DNA of 18,489 bases, from NCBI GenBank assembly GCA_046759445.1, contig JBHICG010000068.1, forward strand, positions 1 through 18,489, read 5' to 3'. Origin of the DNA: Candidatus Scalinduaceae bacterium. Lineage in GTDB: Bacteria > Planctomycetota > Brocadiia > Brocadiales > Scalinduaceae. The first letter of the stretch is position 1. Every line of letters starts with the position of its first letter. This document shows positions 8,877 to 17,817 of this stretch, one piece after another. The position numbers were made by a program, and so were the translations under genes. The notes beneath the pieces are model-generated. The model ran no database searches and had not been told where the DNA came from. It was given only the letters and a program-made list of their open reading frames with translations.

Positions 8877-8929
8877 ACTTTAGTTCACTTTAGGCGCTTT
8901 AGCTCACTTTAGTTCACTTTAGTTCACTT
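8877..8929. repeat. Short tandem repeats (unit ~ACTTTAGTTC), right arm of the flanking inverted repeat
   Basis: About five 9-11 nt units: actttagttc actttaggc gctttagctc acttttagttc actttagttc. Confidence 0.8.
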
Positions 8930-9198
8930 TCTTTGTCACTAATCCTTTCTACCTCAAATACAAGTAACACTTCTGGGTCGGGACAGGCAAATAACCCCTT
9001 ATTATTGTCTTTACCCCAGGGCAAAGAACTGCCGTATCTTAAGATATCGACTACCGGAAACAAAACGTGCATTGCCATCGGACATATTTTTCCGCGCTCA
9101 GTATCAAAGTCATAAGAATCCCCAATCTTGTGACCTCGGTGACAATGGCTATTTCCTTTTCTCTCCTTTACCGTTATCTTTATCTTTGGTCTAGCCAT
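8914..9198 (-). CDS. TIGR04076-like Cys-motif protein
   Basis: KITV...CHRGHKIGD...ICPMA...ACPDP...VFEVERI pattern. Confidence 0.8.
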   Translation of the reverse strand: MARPKIKITVKERKGNSHCHRGHKIGDSYDFDTERGKICPMAMHVLFPVVDILRYGSSLPWGKDNNKGLFACPDPEVLLVFEVERISDKESELK

Positions 9199-9772
9199 TT
9201 TTAAGACTTATTTCTTATATTTAAATGTAATCATTTTCAATCAAAATTACTACCCACAAATAACATATTGGTTGATTTATGCCACTTATCATATTTATGT
9301 GCTTTCCAAAAAAATTAAAAATTCAGGCCTTCTAAAAACTTTCTAAAATAAATATGTAATTTATAAGACTAAAATGCTTATTAGCTTATGGCTTTTATGC
9401 AAATCATAAATTAATAGCTTAGAAGAAAAAATCTAAAATTTAATGGCTGATTTCAAACAATTAATTGTTACTAACACAGACAAACAATTCACAAGTATTA
9501 GACATAATATGGAAAATTTAATATCGCCATGACGTATTAATTATATTTGATGAAATATTTTGCACTTTAACATAAGTCTTTTCAGTCTGACATCTTGAAG
9601 TTAGTCGGTATGGGGCCTATACATCGCTAATACTTAAGGAATGGTTCTTACATGCACTCCTGGAATGTTATTATAACTTTTTGATTATATCGTTCGGTAT
9701 TAATTTTGCGATTATAAAAATACTGCAAAAAAAACTATTAACTTTTTGCATTTAATGCCTAATGTAATACTT

Positions 9773-9867
9773 AAAATTCAAGGCAATCGGTGATTTAAAA
9801 AGTCTCACTAACAGCAATTCTTTACCTCATATAAGTGTGTTACAGACTAACCGATACCTTGAATTTT
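9773..9867 (+). promoter_or_regulatory. Putative structured 5' leader upstream of the porin gene
   Basis: AAAATTCAAGGCAATCGGT (9773-9791) pairs almost perfectly with ACCGATACCTTGAATTTT (9850-9867). Inner AGTCT/AGACT pairing is also possible. Confidence 0.5.
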
Positions 9868-9906
9868 GTCTATTAAAAATTTAAACCCTTTACAAGGAGG
9901 AGTGTA

Positions 9907-11469
9907 ATGAACATAAAGAAAAGCCTTTTAATATTGGCAATTTTTTCTATCTTGTTATTTTCCTATGGACGCGTGTCGTTTGCCCAAGCAGTAGATAGAG
10001 AAGCCTTAAAGGCTGAATTGAAAGAAGAATTAAGGGCGGAAATATTAGAAGAGATAAGGATTGAAATGTTAAAAGAAACACAAGTTAGCGTTCAAAAGGC
10101 TACTGAAGAGGCAACGGCTAATTTCAAGGAAGAGCTCAGAACTGAGATGTTAAATGAGACACAAGTTAGCGCACAAAAGGCTACTGAAAAGGCAACGGCT
10201 AATTTCAAGAAAGAGCTCAGAACTGAGATAATGGAAGAAACAAAGACTAGCCTTGGAGATGAAATAGCAAAGTGGATGGAGGAGTCTCCCCTACTTGGCC
10301 CATTTAGGCGTGTAAAATTAGCCGGGTTTGTAGATGTCAATTACTTTTATAATTTCAGAAATCATGGTGATACGCCCCCTGGTGCTTTCCCTGCGGGTCA
10401 AACTATAGGTGGAAGTGGTGCATCAAAGGAGAATGCGCTTAGCGGTCTAAACTTTCTAGGTGAAAATGAGGATAATTCATTAACCTTTGAAAGCTTTGCA
10501 ATATTCCTGGACAAGGAAGCTACTAATGAACACCCGATAGGTTGGCAATTTCATACGTATTTTGGTGAAAAGGCAAAGAGGATTACCTTTCTTGGCTCCC
10601 CTGATACAAACGATCCTGATAGGGATGACATTGTTAGCGTAGCAACTGCCAATATCTCCTGGATTGCGCCAGTAAGTAAAGGTATCCCGCTTACGATAGG
10701 TAAGATGTATACGTGGATTGGTTTGGAATTGGTTGAGAACATAAACAACCCGAACTACCAGCACGGGATACTTTACAACAATGCGATTCCTTTCACACAC
10801 ACAGGGATTAGTGCAGATTTGTCTAACTTTCTTCCTAGTGACAAACTTGGTTTAACACTTTACGGTGTTAATGGATGGGATTCATTTGTTGATAACAACG
10901 AGTCAAAGTCATTTGGATGGTATCTGTCATATCAGCCAAATGATGATTTCTTTATTTCCTTGGCAGGTATCCATGGTGCAGAAGGTTGGGATAATAGAGT
11001 TGGTCGTCCGGTAACTGGCCAGCGAGCAAATAGCAATGGTGGAGTCACCCAGATGTTCGACGTTGTAGCCACGTATCAAACGCCACACGACCCACTATCA
11101 TTACAGTTTAACTTCGATTGGGGTGTTGCAGAGGATGGTAATCTCCGTACCGTAGGTACTACCCCGGGTGGAATAGTGACAAATACGAGTACGGGTCACT
11201 GGTGGGGTGTTGCGGGATATGGACTGTATGATTTTACAGACTGGATTCAGGGCGTCATAAGATACGAATATTTTGACGATACCGATGGCGTAAGATTTTT
11301 TGGCACAACAATATGGGAAACAACACTCACATGTAATATTAAGATAAGAGAGAATCTCTTGTTCAGACCAGAGTGGAGGTATAATAATTATGCTATAAAA
11401 GCTCTGGGTCCCAGGGGTAACCATACTTCTGAAACTATGTTTGGAGCAGGTATAGAGTACATATTCTAA
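9907..11469 (+). CDS. Outer-membrane beta-barrel porin (BBP2/OmpL-like) with an N-terminal coiled coil
   Basis: Signal peptide, coiled-coil region, GFVDVNY, GKMYTWIGLE, PFTHTG, VNGWD, RYEYFDD, RPEWRY and a terminal aromatic strand (IEYIF). SD AAGGAGG. Confidence 0.88.
   Translation: MNIKKSLLILAIFSILLFSYGRVSFAQAVDREALKAELKEELRAEILEEIRIEMLKETQVSVQKATEEATANFKEELRTEMLNETQVSAQKATEKATANFKKELRTEIMEETKTSLGDEIAKWMEESPLLGPFRRVKLAGFVDVNYFYNFRNHGDTPPGAFPAGQTIGGSGASKENALSGLNFLGENEDNSLTFESFAIFLDKEATNEHPIGWQFHTYFGEKAKRITFLGSPDTNDPDRDDIVSVATANISWIAPVSKGIPLTIGKMYTWIGLELVENINNPNYQHGILYNNAIPFTHTGISADLSNFLPSDKLGLTLYGVNGWDSFVDNNESKSFGWYLSYQPNDDFFISLAGIHGAEGWDNRVGRPVTGQRANSNGGVTQMFDVVATYQTPHDPLSLQFNFDWGVAEDGNLRTVGTTPGGIVTNTSTGHWWGVAGYGLYDFTDWIQGVIRYEYFDDTDGVRFFGTTIWETTLTCNIKIRENLLFRPEWRYNNYAIKALGPRGNHTSETMFGAGIEYIF
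10066..10227 (+). repeat. 81-bp (27-aa) in-frame tandem duplication within the porin coiled coil
   Basis: MLKETQVSVQKATEEATANFKEELRTE and MLNETQVSAQKATEKATANFKKELRTE, starting at 10066 and 10147. Confidence 0.92.
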
Positions 11470-11596
11470 TAAACTAGCTTACTTTGTTCTCAGTACACTT
11501 AAACACTAATGGGATTTGAAAAGCAAAATTTTAAAAGTAATTGGCAGTATCCCATGAACTATGCTTGATAAATATTGATTTTAAAGAGAAAAAAAG

Positions 11597-11643
11597 AAAC
11601 CCAGGTCAAATAACCCTCCCCCAATTTTGGCCTGGGTTTTTTT
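11597..11643 (+). terminator. Rho-independent terminator after the porin gene (possibly bidirectional)
   Basis: AAACCCAGGTCAAA ... TTTGGCCTGGGTTT stem, followed by a T-run and preceded by an A-run. Confidence 0.75.
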
Positions 11644-11746
11644 ATTTATATATGATATATTTAGGAATTAATTTAAAAAACCCTTTTAAAAACAATTTTA
11701 CTTTTAAAAATGTTGATATTAAATTCATGTTAAGGGGCAACCCATC

Positions 11747-12682
11747 ATGAAAAAGAGAATCATTATAGTTTCAATAATAGTTGCATCATTTTTTTTACTA
11801 TGGATAGTACACACCAGCTATTCCAGCGAATTAAAGAGTGATGCAAACGCTTCCAGACAGTTAGATGTTATTAGAAAAAAACTGGGTAGCATTACAAAGA
11901 TGATGCCCATAGACGCAAAGAAGCATTACGAAAATGCACTCAGTGAACTGAATGAATTAATCAAAAAATACACGGATACAGAAGAGGCACTGGAAGCAAA
12001 ATTTTATATGGGAGTTACTTACAATGAAATGGGTAATTTTGAAGATGCGGTTAAATGTTTTGATTATGTATTGAGTCAGGACAAAATCAATCCTAATTTT
12101 AAGGCACGTTTATTATTTTTTAAGGTAAAGGCGCTTTTGGGCAGCGGGGATACCATAAACGCTAAAGAGGCTGTCGAGGAGTTAAGGTTGATTGAGCCCA
12201 GGGCAGCCAATACCTTTGGCAGGGAATTAGGTGGAATGGTAAGGATTGGCATGGAAGCTCCATCATTTAAAGCTTTAGATCTTAAGGGAAATCCAGTTAG
12301 TCTGTCAGAATACAAAGGAAATATTGTTGTCATTGACTTTTGGGCAACCTGGTATGACCCTTGTATTCAAGAATTCCCAAAAGTAAAGGAAATGTATAGA
12401 AAATTTGAAGACAAAGGAGTTAAATTCATTGGTATAAGCCTGGATGATGTTATTGAAGACCTAAAAAGCTTTGTGGAGGAAAAACAGATAGAATGGCCTC
12501 AAGTGTATGAGGGAATGCGCTGGAAAGGTAAAATTTCTAAACTGTATAATGTACAAAAAATTCCCATGATGTTTGTGCTTGATCAAGAAGGTAAGGTTCG
12601 CCATGTCGGAAGTGATATGAATAAAATTACACAGATAGTCTCAAATTTACTTTTCGAATCAATGCAATTACCTGTGAATTAA
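11747..12682 (+). CDS. Exported TPR-containing TlpA/redoxin-family protein with a degenerate CxxC (YDPC)
   Basis: N-terminal signal/TM segment, TPR-like helices (AKFYMGVTYNEMGNFEDAVKCF), then GMEAPSF...VVIDFWATWYDPC...IGISLD...IPMMFVLDQEG. Confidence 0.88.
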   Translation: MKKRIIIVSIIVASFFLLWIVHTSYSSELKSDANASRQLDVIRKKLGSITKMMPIDAKKHYENALSELNELIKKYTDTEEALEAKFYMGVTYNEMGNFEDAVKCFDYVLSQDKINPNFKARLLFFKVKALLGSGDTINAKEAVEELRLIEPRAANTFGRELGGMVRIGMEAPSFKALDLKGNPVSLSEYKGNIVVIDFWATWYDPCIQEFPKVKEMYRKFEDKGVKFIGISLDDVIEDLKSFVEEKQIEWPQVYEGMRWKGKISKLYNVQKIPMMFVLDQEGKVRHVGSDMNKITQIVSNLLFESMQLPVN

Positions 12683-12752
12683 TCTTATTATAGGATTAAT
12701 ACTAGTAAGAAAGAGTGTTTAAAGTACGAGTTTTATTATGCTTAATCAGATG

Positions 12753-13058
12753 TTAGATTGCAGGGGCAGTTTTATAATTTGGGCTTACAAAAAGGTCGCA
12801 GCAACATATATCATCTTGTTTTATTTCTTCAATATGGTATTCGCACGGGCAGATAGTTTTTGCATCTATTTCTTTATCACCAGAAATCATTCTGCAAGGA
12901 CAATACTGATATCCATACTTTAACTTTCTCTTTGCTAAGCTCCTGATTACTTTATCCACCTTTTTTTGGTCTGGATTTAGTTCATAAGGGCCGTCATCGA
13001 CGTATTGCTCAATTGATTTACGAATATCCTCCTCTGCTTGATTTATTCCATCACCCAA
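12753..13058 (-). CDS. Ferredoxin-thioredoxin reductase catalytic (beta) subunit-like protein
   Basis: LNPD...KYGYQYCPCR...ICPC...CCCDLF. TTG start with GAGGT SD. Confidence 0.88.
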   Translation of the reverse strand: MGDGINQAEEDIRKSIEQYVDDGPYELNPDQKKVDKVIRSLAKRKLKYGYQYCPCRMISGDKEIDAKTICPCEYHIEEIKQDDICCCDLFVSPNYKTAPAI

Positions 13059-13211
13059 AACTATTACCTCTTGAAAAGAATGTCAATCGTTAAAAAGGTT
13101 GCGTAGCTCGAATCTCATATGTCTTACGGTACCCGTTTAACCCGCAACACAGAGTACAGATTACAGACATTTTGAATCTGTCTACTGTCATCTGACTGCT
13201 GTTGTCTGTAC

Positions 13212-13484
13212 TCATTCCTCTCTGAGTACTCGTTTTATTTCCCAGACGGCGCCATCAGGATCCGGACAATGTGTATGAACGGTATGGGCGTCCTTCATCC
13301 ATGGAAGGTCTGCGCCATACCTTAAAGCCAGCGCATCCCTTGAGATTACGGCATAGGCGCTGTCGCATAATCCATCAGGTGTAAAACCCGTTAATTGATA
13401 CTTCGTTCCCTCTTCGTAGTAAGGACAACAACCCCTTTTTATTAGTTTAGCGCTTAATTTGTATTTAGATCTTTTATATTTCAC
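13212..13484 (-). CDS. TIGR04076-like Cys-motif protein (start probably GTG 13484 rather than 13553)
   Basis: GCCPYYEEG...PDGLCDSAY...LRYGADLPW...HCPDP...WEIKR, resembling 8914-9198. The longer upstream extension is low-complexity AT-rich sequence. Confidence 0.75.
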   Translation of the reverse strand: MKYKRSKYKLSAKLIKRGCCPYYEEGTKYQLTGFTPDGLCDSAYAVISRDALALRYGADLPWMKDAHTVHTHCPDPDGAVWEIKRVLREE

Positions 13485-13626
13485 GGTAGGTACCTGGTAA
13501 ATTACGACGAACAAAAGAAAATTATATATTATGAAAAAGAATTTGCAAGGCAAAAGAAATTGATTTATTCTACGGGGCAGGCACTGGCGAAAGTAATGTC
13601 ATCCCAATGAAGATGGGGGCAGGATC

Positions 13627-13671
13627 AGATTCCCTGTCTGCTTCACAAGTATGTATCACTCGGGAATGACA
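13627..13671 (-). repeat. Dispersed palindromic repeat TGTCATTCCCG...GGGAATCT, copy 1
   Basis: Reverse complement reads TGTCATTCCCGAGTGATAC...AAGCAGACAGGGAATCT, similar to 17772-17817 and 16110-16161. Confidence 0.75.
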
Positions 13672-13709
13672 GATAAGTTGAATTGTGGAAATAACATATA
13701 GCGTTACAA

Positions 13710-13752
13710 GTTGGCGTGTGATTCTACTCGGCGAGTAGAATCACATGCCAAC
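13710..13752. repeat. Near-perfect 21-bp-arm palindrome
   Basis: GTTGGCGTGTGATTCTACTCG-G-CGAGTAGAATCACATGCCAAC, with one G-T mismatch. Confidence 0.85.
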
Positions 13753-13811
13753 CTAGATCGGGAATCTATTTTCGGATCAAATTTTTACAACCATTTATTG
13801 GAACTAAAAGC

Positions 13812-15974
13812 ATGCTGATCAAAGATGTGTTCGAAAATAACGGAGTCATTGCTAAAAGTTTACGTGCATATGAGCTAAGGCCTCAACAGGTAGATATGGC
13901 TATAGCGATAGAGAAATCTATTAGCGAAAAGAAACATCTCATTGTTGAAGCTGGCACTGGAGTAGGCAAAAGTCTGGCATATCTAGTTCCGTTCATATCC
14001 TGGACTGTTAAAGAAAATAAAAGGGTTGTCATTTCTACGTATACCAAGACATTGCAGGAACAGTTAGTAAATAAGGATATTCCTTTTCTTCATAATGCAT
14101 TGGGACATGGTCAGGCCGGGTTCAAGCATGCAGACAAATTTGACTTTTCCTTTGCTCTTTGTGTTGGTGGGCAAAACTACTTATGTATAAGAAGGTTCAA
14201 TCAGGCCCAAGTGCATGGTCTCCTTGAAACCAAAAATGAGGTCAAAGAATTTCAGAAGGTTATTCAATGGGAAAGACAAACAAATAGTGGATTAAGATCA
14301 GGACTTGATTTTGAACCATCACAAGCAATATGGGGTAAGATATGCCGAGAATCTGACCTTTGTTTTGGAAAAAGGTGCATTTTTAAAGACGATTGTTACT
14401 ATAACAAGGCACGAAGGAAAGAATTTAAAGCCCATATTTTGGTTACAAATCACCATCTCTATTTTGCAAATTTGGTAAACGAAGGCCGAGTGTTGCCAGA
14501 TTTCGATGCTGTTGTTTTCGATGAGGCCCATACACTGGAAGATGTAGCTACTAACTATCTAGGCATAGAGATATCAAATTTCAAGATTAAATTTTTGCTT
14601 GATTCTATTCTGAATCCAAAAACAGGAAAAGGTTTGATAACAAGGTTGTTTAAACCGTCAGGCAAAATGGGAATTCCCATCAAAAGGACATTAGATGAGG
14701 CAAGGGAAGCTGGAGATTGCTTTTTTTCTGAAATTATCAAAAAATATGGTAAGGGCAGGGTAACAACTCGTATCAGAAAAAGGGGCATTATTAACAACTA
14801 TCTGAATAAACCCTTATCCAGTCTTTCCAGGATGCTAAAATCGTTATTGAACCTGGTTAAAACAGACGAGGAAAGATTAGAGATTGATGCCTTTGTAAAC
14901 CGTTGCGATAAAATTAACGAAAACATTTCTACTGTTATTAACCAGGATTTGGAAGATTGTGTTTACTGGGCTGAAGTTGAGAAAAGAGTAAAACATCGAC
15001 CTATCCCTTATACAAGCGCTTTAGGATCAGCAAGCGCGTTAGGGTTGTTAGATCAAAGAAATATTAGATGCTCATTATTTGCTGCACCCATAAATATCGC
15101 TAGTGAGTTTAAGAAGCATATATTTGATAAAATTAGGCCCGTAATCCTGACCTCTGCAACGCTCTCAACAAATGGAAGTTTTAATTACATAAAGGGAAGG
15201 TTAGGAATAACCGTATGCGTGCCTGCCTGTCACGTTCCAACGACAGACAGGCGCCCACGCACAGGCAGACCTGCCCGACATTCAGGAGGTGAAGATTTCT
15301 GTGAAGAAATCATCGGCTCACCATTTAACTTTTCAAAAAATGCGCTTATTTATATTCCCGATAATATCCCTGACCCAAACCAGGAACCTGATGAATACAG
15401 AAATAATATTATAAAACACATAAAAGGCATAATCTCTCTCACGCAGGGGAGATCGTTTATTCTATTTACGAGTTTTGAGATGCTTAATACAGTATATGAA
15501 AAAATTAAGGCTAGTATTAATACATTCACTTTATTCAAACAGGGTGATAAGCCTAGATATAAGCTGGTTGAAGAATTCAAAACAAGTCATAAACCCGTTC
15601 TCTTTGGCACGACTACATTCTGGCAGGGAGTTGATGTGCCAGGCGAAGCCTTGAAGTGTGTGATAATAACTAAATTACCCTTTGCAGTACCAGATACACC
15701 AATAATTGAGGCAAGGATGGAATCACTAAAGGCTCAAAAAAGAGATCCCTTTATGTATTATCAGGTACCACAAGCGATCACAATGTTAAGGCAGGGGTTT
15801 GGTCGCTTAATCAGGACAAGCACCGACACGGGTATCGTTGCAATTCTAGACCCTCGCATTAAGACGAGGTATTACGGCAGACACTTTTTAAATTCACTGC
15901 CGAACTGCAATAAAGTATCAGTCATAAAATACATAAAAAATTTCCTCGAACTTGCTCATAATCAGGTAGATTAA
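13812..15974 (+). CDS. dinG: DinG/YoaA-family ATP-dependent Fe-S DNA helicase
   Basis: Q motif RPQQ, EAGTGVGKS, NYLC plus further Cys ligands, DEAH, TSATL, FWQGVDVPG, KLPF, RQGFGRLIR and LDPR. Could equally be labelled yoaA. Confidence 0.93.
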   Translation: MLIKDVFENNGVIAKSLRAYELRPQQVDMAIAIEKSISEKKHLIVEAGTGVGKSLAYLVPFISWTVKENKRVVISTYTKTLQEQLVNKDIPFLHNALGHGQAGFKHADKFDFSFALCVGGQNYLCIRRFNQAQVHGLLETKNEVKEFQKVIQWERQTNSGLRSGLDFEPSQAIWGKICRESDLCFGKRCIFKDDCYYNKARRKEFKAHILVTNHHLYFANLVNEGRVLPDFDAVVFDEAHTLEDVATNYLGIEISNFKIKFLLDSILNPKTGKGLITRLFKPSGKMGIPIKRTLDEAREAGDCFFSEIIKKYGKGRVTTRIRKRGIINNYLNKPLSSLSRMLKSLLNLVKTDEERLEIDAFVNRCDKINENISTVINQDLEDCVYWAEVEKRVKHRPIPYTSALGSASALGLLDQRNIRCSLFAAPINIASEFKKHIFDKIRPVILTSATLSTNGSFNYIKGRLGITVCVPACHVPTTDRRPRTGRPARHSGGEDFCEEIIGSPFNFSKNALIYIPDNIPDPNQEPDEYRNNIIKHIKGIISLTQGRSFILFTSFEMLNTVYEKIKASINTFTLFKQGDKPRYKLVEEFKTSHKPVLFGTTTFWQGVDVPGEALKCVIITKLPFAVPDTPIIEARMESLKAQKRDPFMYYQVPQAITMLRQGFGRLIRTSTDTGIVAILDPRIKTRYYGRHFLNSLPNCNKVSVIKYIKNFLELAHNQVD
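15216..15289. repeat. Nested GC-rich palindromic repeat(s) inserted in-frame in dinG
   Basis: TGCGTG[CCTGCCTGTC-acgttccaac-GACAGACAGG]cgccCACGCA followed by CCTGCCCGACATTCAGGAGG. Translates as the atypical VCVPACHVPTTDRRPRTGRPARHSGG. Confidence 0.7.
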
Positions 15975-16109
15975 ATACATATGTCTTAAACGTTATTTGA
16001 AAAATGTAGTGGGTGGCTTTAGCCTTCCATCATACTGATATCGCAAACGGAAAATAAGTAGACATAATAGTATAAACACTGGCATTAACATCATGTAAAC
16101 AACCTCCAT

Positions 16110-16161
16110 TGTCATTCCCGCCCTGTGAAGTGGCGTAGACTACACCACAGGGCAGGAATCT
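16110..16161 (+). repeat. Dispersed palindromic repeat TGTCATTCCCG...GGAATCT, copy 2
   Basis: TGTCATTCCCGCCCTGTG...GTAGACTAC...CACAGGGCAGGAATCT hairpin. Confidence 0.75.
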
Positions 16162-16413
16162 AACTTCTTGACCAATAGGTTTAACTTCAATAAACTATAT
16201 AATCTTTGATACTTAACTTATATATCTTCATAGCGCAATCAAGAAAATAAATTCAGTTGCCTATGAATGTGATTTTATGTATCTTTTTCTTAAACCAACT
16301 TCATTCTCACCCACAAATTGGATTATAACCAACAATAATTAAGAGAAAATGGCACATAAAAAATATGTTCGCATGTTAACAGGTATAAAGAAAAATATAT
16401 CGCAGAGAGATAA

Positions 16414-16689
16414 GTGATGAGAAAAGAAGATTTATTTAAAAAGAATCATATATTAGGAATAGAGTTTGACAGGTATGTTATGGAGAACCCTGATGTTTTG
16501 GAGAATATACCCGATGGATCTGAGATTGTTTTTCTGCCCGACGATGACCCAGAACTCTGTGATGAAAACAAACGGCTAGCACATGCTCATAAGGAAGGAG
16601 AAAGATCGCTTGTATTTGTTAAAATTGAAAAATTAGCCCCTCCGCGTTCAAGACTTGTGAATGTTAGAGTTGAGAGTGGAGTTACATAA
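16414..16689 (+). CDS. DUF5647-like small protein (possible antitoxin-type)
   Basis: KNHILGIEFDRYVMENPDVLENIPDGSEIVFLPDDDPELCDEN pattern, recalled from the DUF5647 family. Start is GTG 16414 or ATG 16417. Confidence 0.7.
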   Translation: MMRKEDLFKKNHILGIEFDRYVMENPDVLENIPDGSEIVFLPDDDPELCDENKRLAHAHKEGERSLVFVKIEKLAPPRSRLVNVRVESGVT

Positions 16690-16747
16690 GTTATTAAAAT
16701 AATCATTTAGTCAGTGAGGGTCTCAGCCTTGTAAACTTTTTGGTGTG

Positions 16748-16912
16748 GTCAGGACAACCACTGACACGGGTATAGTTGCAATTTTAGACACTCGCATTAA
16801 AAGTAGATATTATGGCAGGCATTTCTTTGATTCACTTCCCAACTGTAAAAAAGCCTCTGATATAAAAGACATTAAAAACTTCCTCGAACGTGCTCATTAT
16901 CATGTAGATTGA
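16748..16912 (+). pseudogene. Diverged duplicate of the dinG 3' end (54 codons plus stop, no start)
   Basis: Gap-free match to 15810-15974. Hand count gives ~32 mismatches in 165 nt (~80% identity). Translates VRTTTDTGIVAILDTRIKSRYYGRHFFDSLPNC...HVD*. Confidence 0.9.
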
Positions 16913-17073
16913 ATACACTTTTATCATATGCTAACACTTACAAGTATGCATTTATAAATGTTGAGGAATTGAAGGATTAAGGCATTAAGAAATTTTTCAA
17001 TTCTTGAGTTCCTAAATCGCAAATTAAAATTTTTAGTTGCCTCCAAAGTTGACTTTATGTATTCTTTGAAAAC

Positions 17074-17694
17074 ATGGACTTTGATAGGCTTTCCGAAAAA
17101 GAACTATTAAATGCATGTATTCAGGCAAATAAAGAAGCATGGGATGCATTTGTCGAAAAATATACCAATCTAATCTACCATACCATTAATAAAACTCTCA
17201 AGTCTTACTATACAGATTATCTTTATCAGGATTCAAGTGATATTCATAACAACGTATTTCTTTCCTTGATAGAAAACGACTATAAAAAATTGAGGCAGTA
17301 CAAAGGTCTTAATGGTTGTACAGTCTCAAGCTGGCTCATGGTTGTTACAACTAATTTTACACTAAATTTTATCAAAAAACAAAAGCAACACATACCTATA
17401 GAAGACAATACCACGGATAATATGGATGTAATAGAAAGGGTTTCAAATCCTCAACAACAACCTGATGAAGAACTTTCAAAAAAAGAATATGGAGAAATTT
17501 TTAAAGACTTAATAAATGATTTAGAGGCTAATGATAAACTATTTTTGAAACTATATTATGAAAAGGAATTCCCGCCTGAAGAAATAGCTGAAATATTAAA
17601 CCTAACGGTAAGTACCGTTTACAGTAAAAAGAACCGAATCAGAGAGAAGTTAAAAAAAATCGCAAAAAAGAAAAATATATTGCAAGATAATTGA
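17074..17694 (+). CDS. ECF-type sigma-70 RNA polymerase sigma factor
   Basis: AWDAFVEKYTNLIY, DIHNNVFLSL, SWL (region 2) and EEIAEILNLTVSTVYSKKNRIREKL (region 4). Confidence 0.92.
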   Translation: MDFDRLSEKELLNACIQANKEAWDAFVEKYTNLIYHTINKTLKSYYTDYLYQDSSDIHNNVFLSLIENDYKKLRQYKGLNGCTVSSWLMVVTTNFTLNFIKKQKQHIPIEDNTTDNMDVIERVSNPQQQPDEELSKKEYGEIFKDLINDLEANDKLFLKLYYEKEFPPEEIAEILNLTVSTVYSKKNRIREKLKKIAKKKNILQDN

Positions 17695-17771
17695 GTGAGA
17701 AATGTCTTTTATAGTGGAACCATAATACCTGTAGTTTTTAACTGTAACTATGATTAATGCATTATATTACT

Positions 17772-17817
17772 TGTCATTCCCGTGGTATTGCATGCATGGT
17801 AAGCAAACAGGGAATCT
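17772..17817 (+). repeat. Dispersed palindromic repeat TGTCATTCCCG...GGGAATCT, copy 3
   Basis: TGTCATTCCCGTGGTATTG...AAGCAAACAGGGAATCT. A second small palindrome CCTGAACTTGATTCAGG lies at 17843-17859. Confidence 0.75.

Noticed and set aside
11541..11750. 69-aa ORF between the porin and redoxin genes
   Set aside because: It spans a terminator hairpin and AT-rich intergenic DNA.
13150..13210. Short ACAGA/TCTGT repeats between the FTR and TIGR04076-like genes
   Set aside because: Too short and irregular to assign beyond a possible weak hairpin.
2183..15974. PIWI-RE system (PIWI-RE + DinG helicase + nuclease)
   Set aside because: dinG is over 9 kb from ago, separated by unrelated genes, and looks like the ordinary YoaA/DinG. 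The Argonaute has PAZ-like and standard PIWI motifs.
15810..16917. DGR template/variable repeat pair (an Avd-related gene is in the window)
   Set aside because: Mismatches are not adenine-specific and are mostly at third codon positions. No reverse transcriptase is present.
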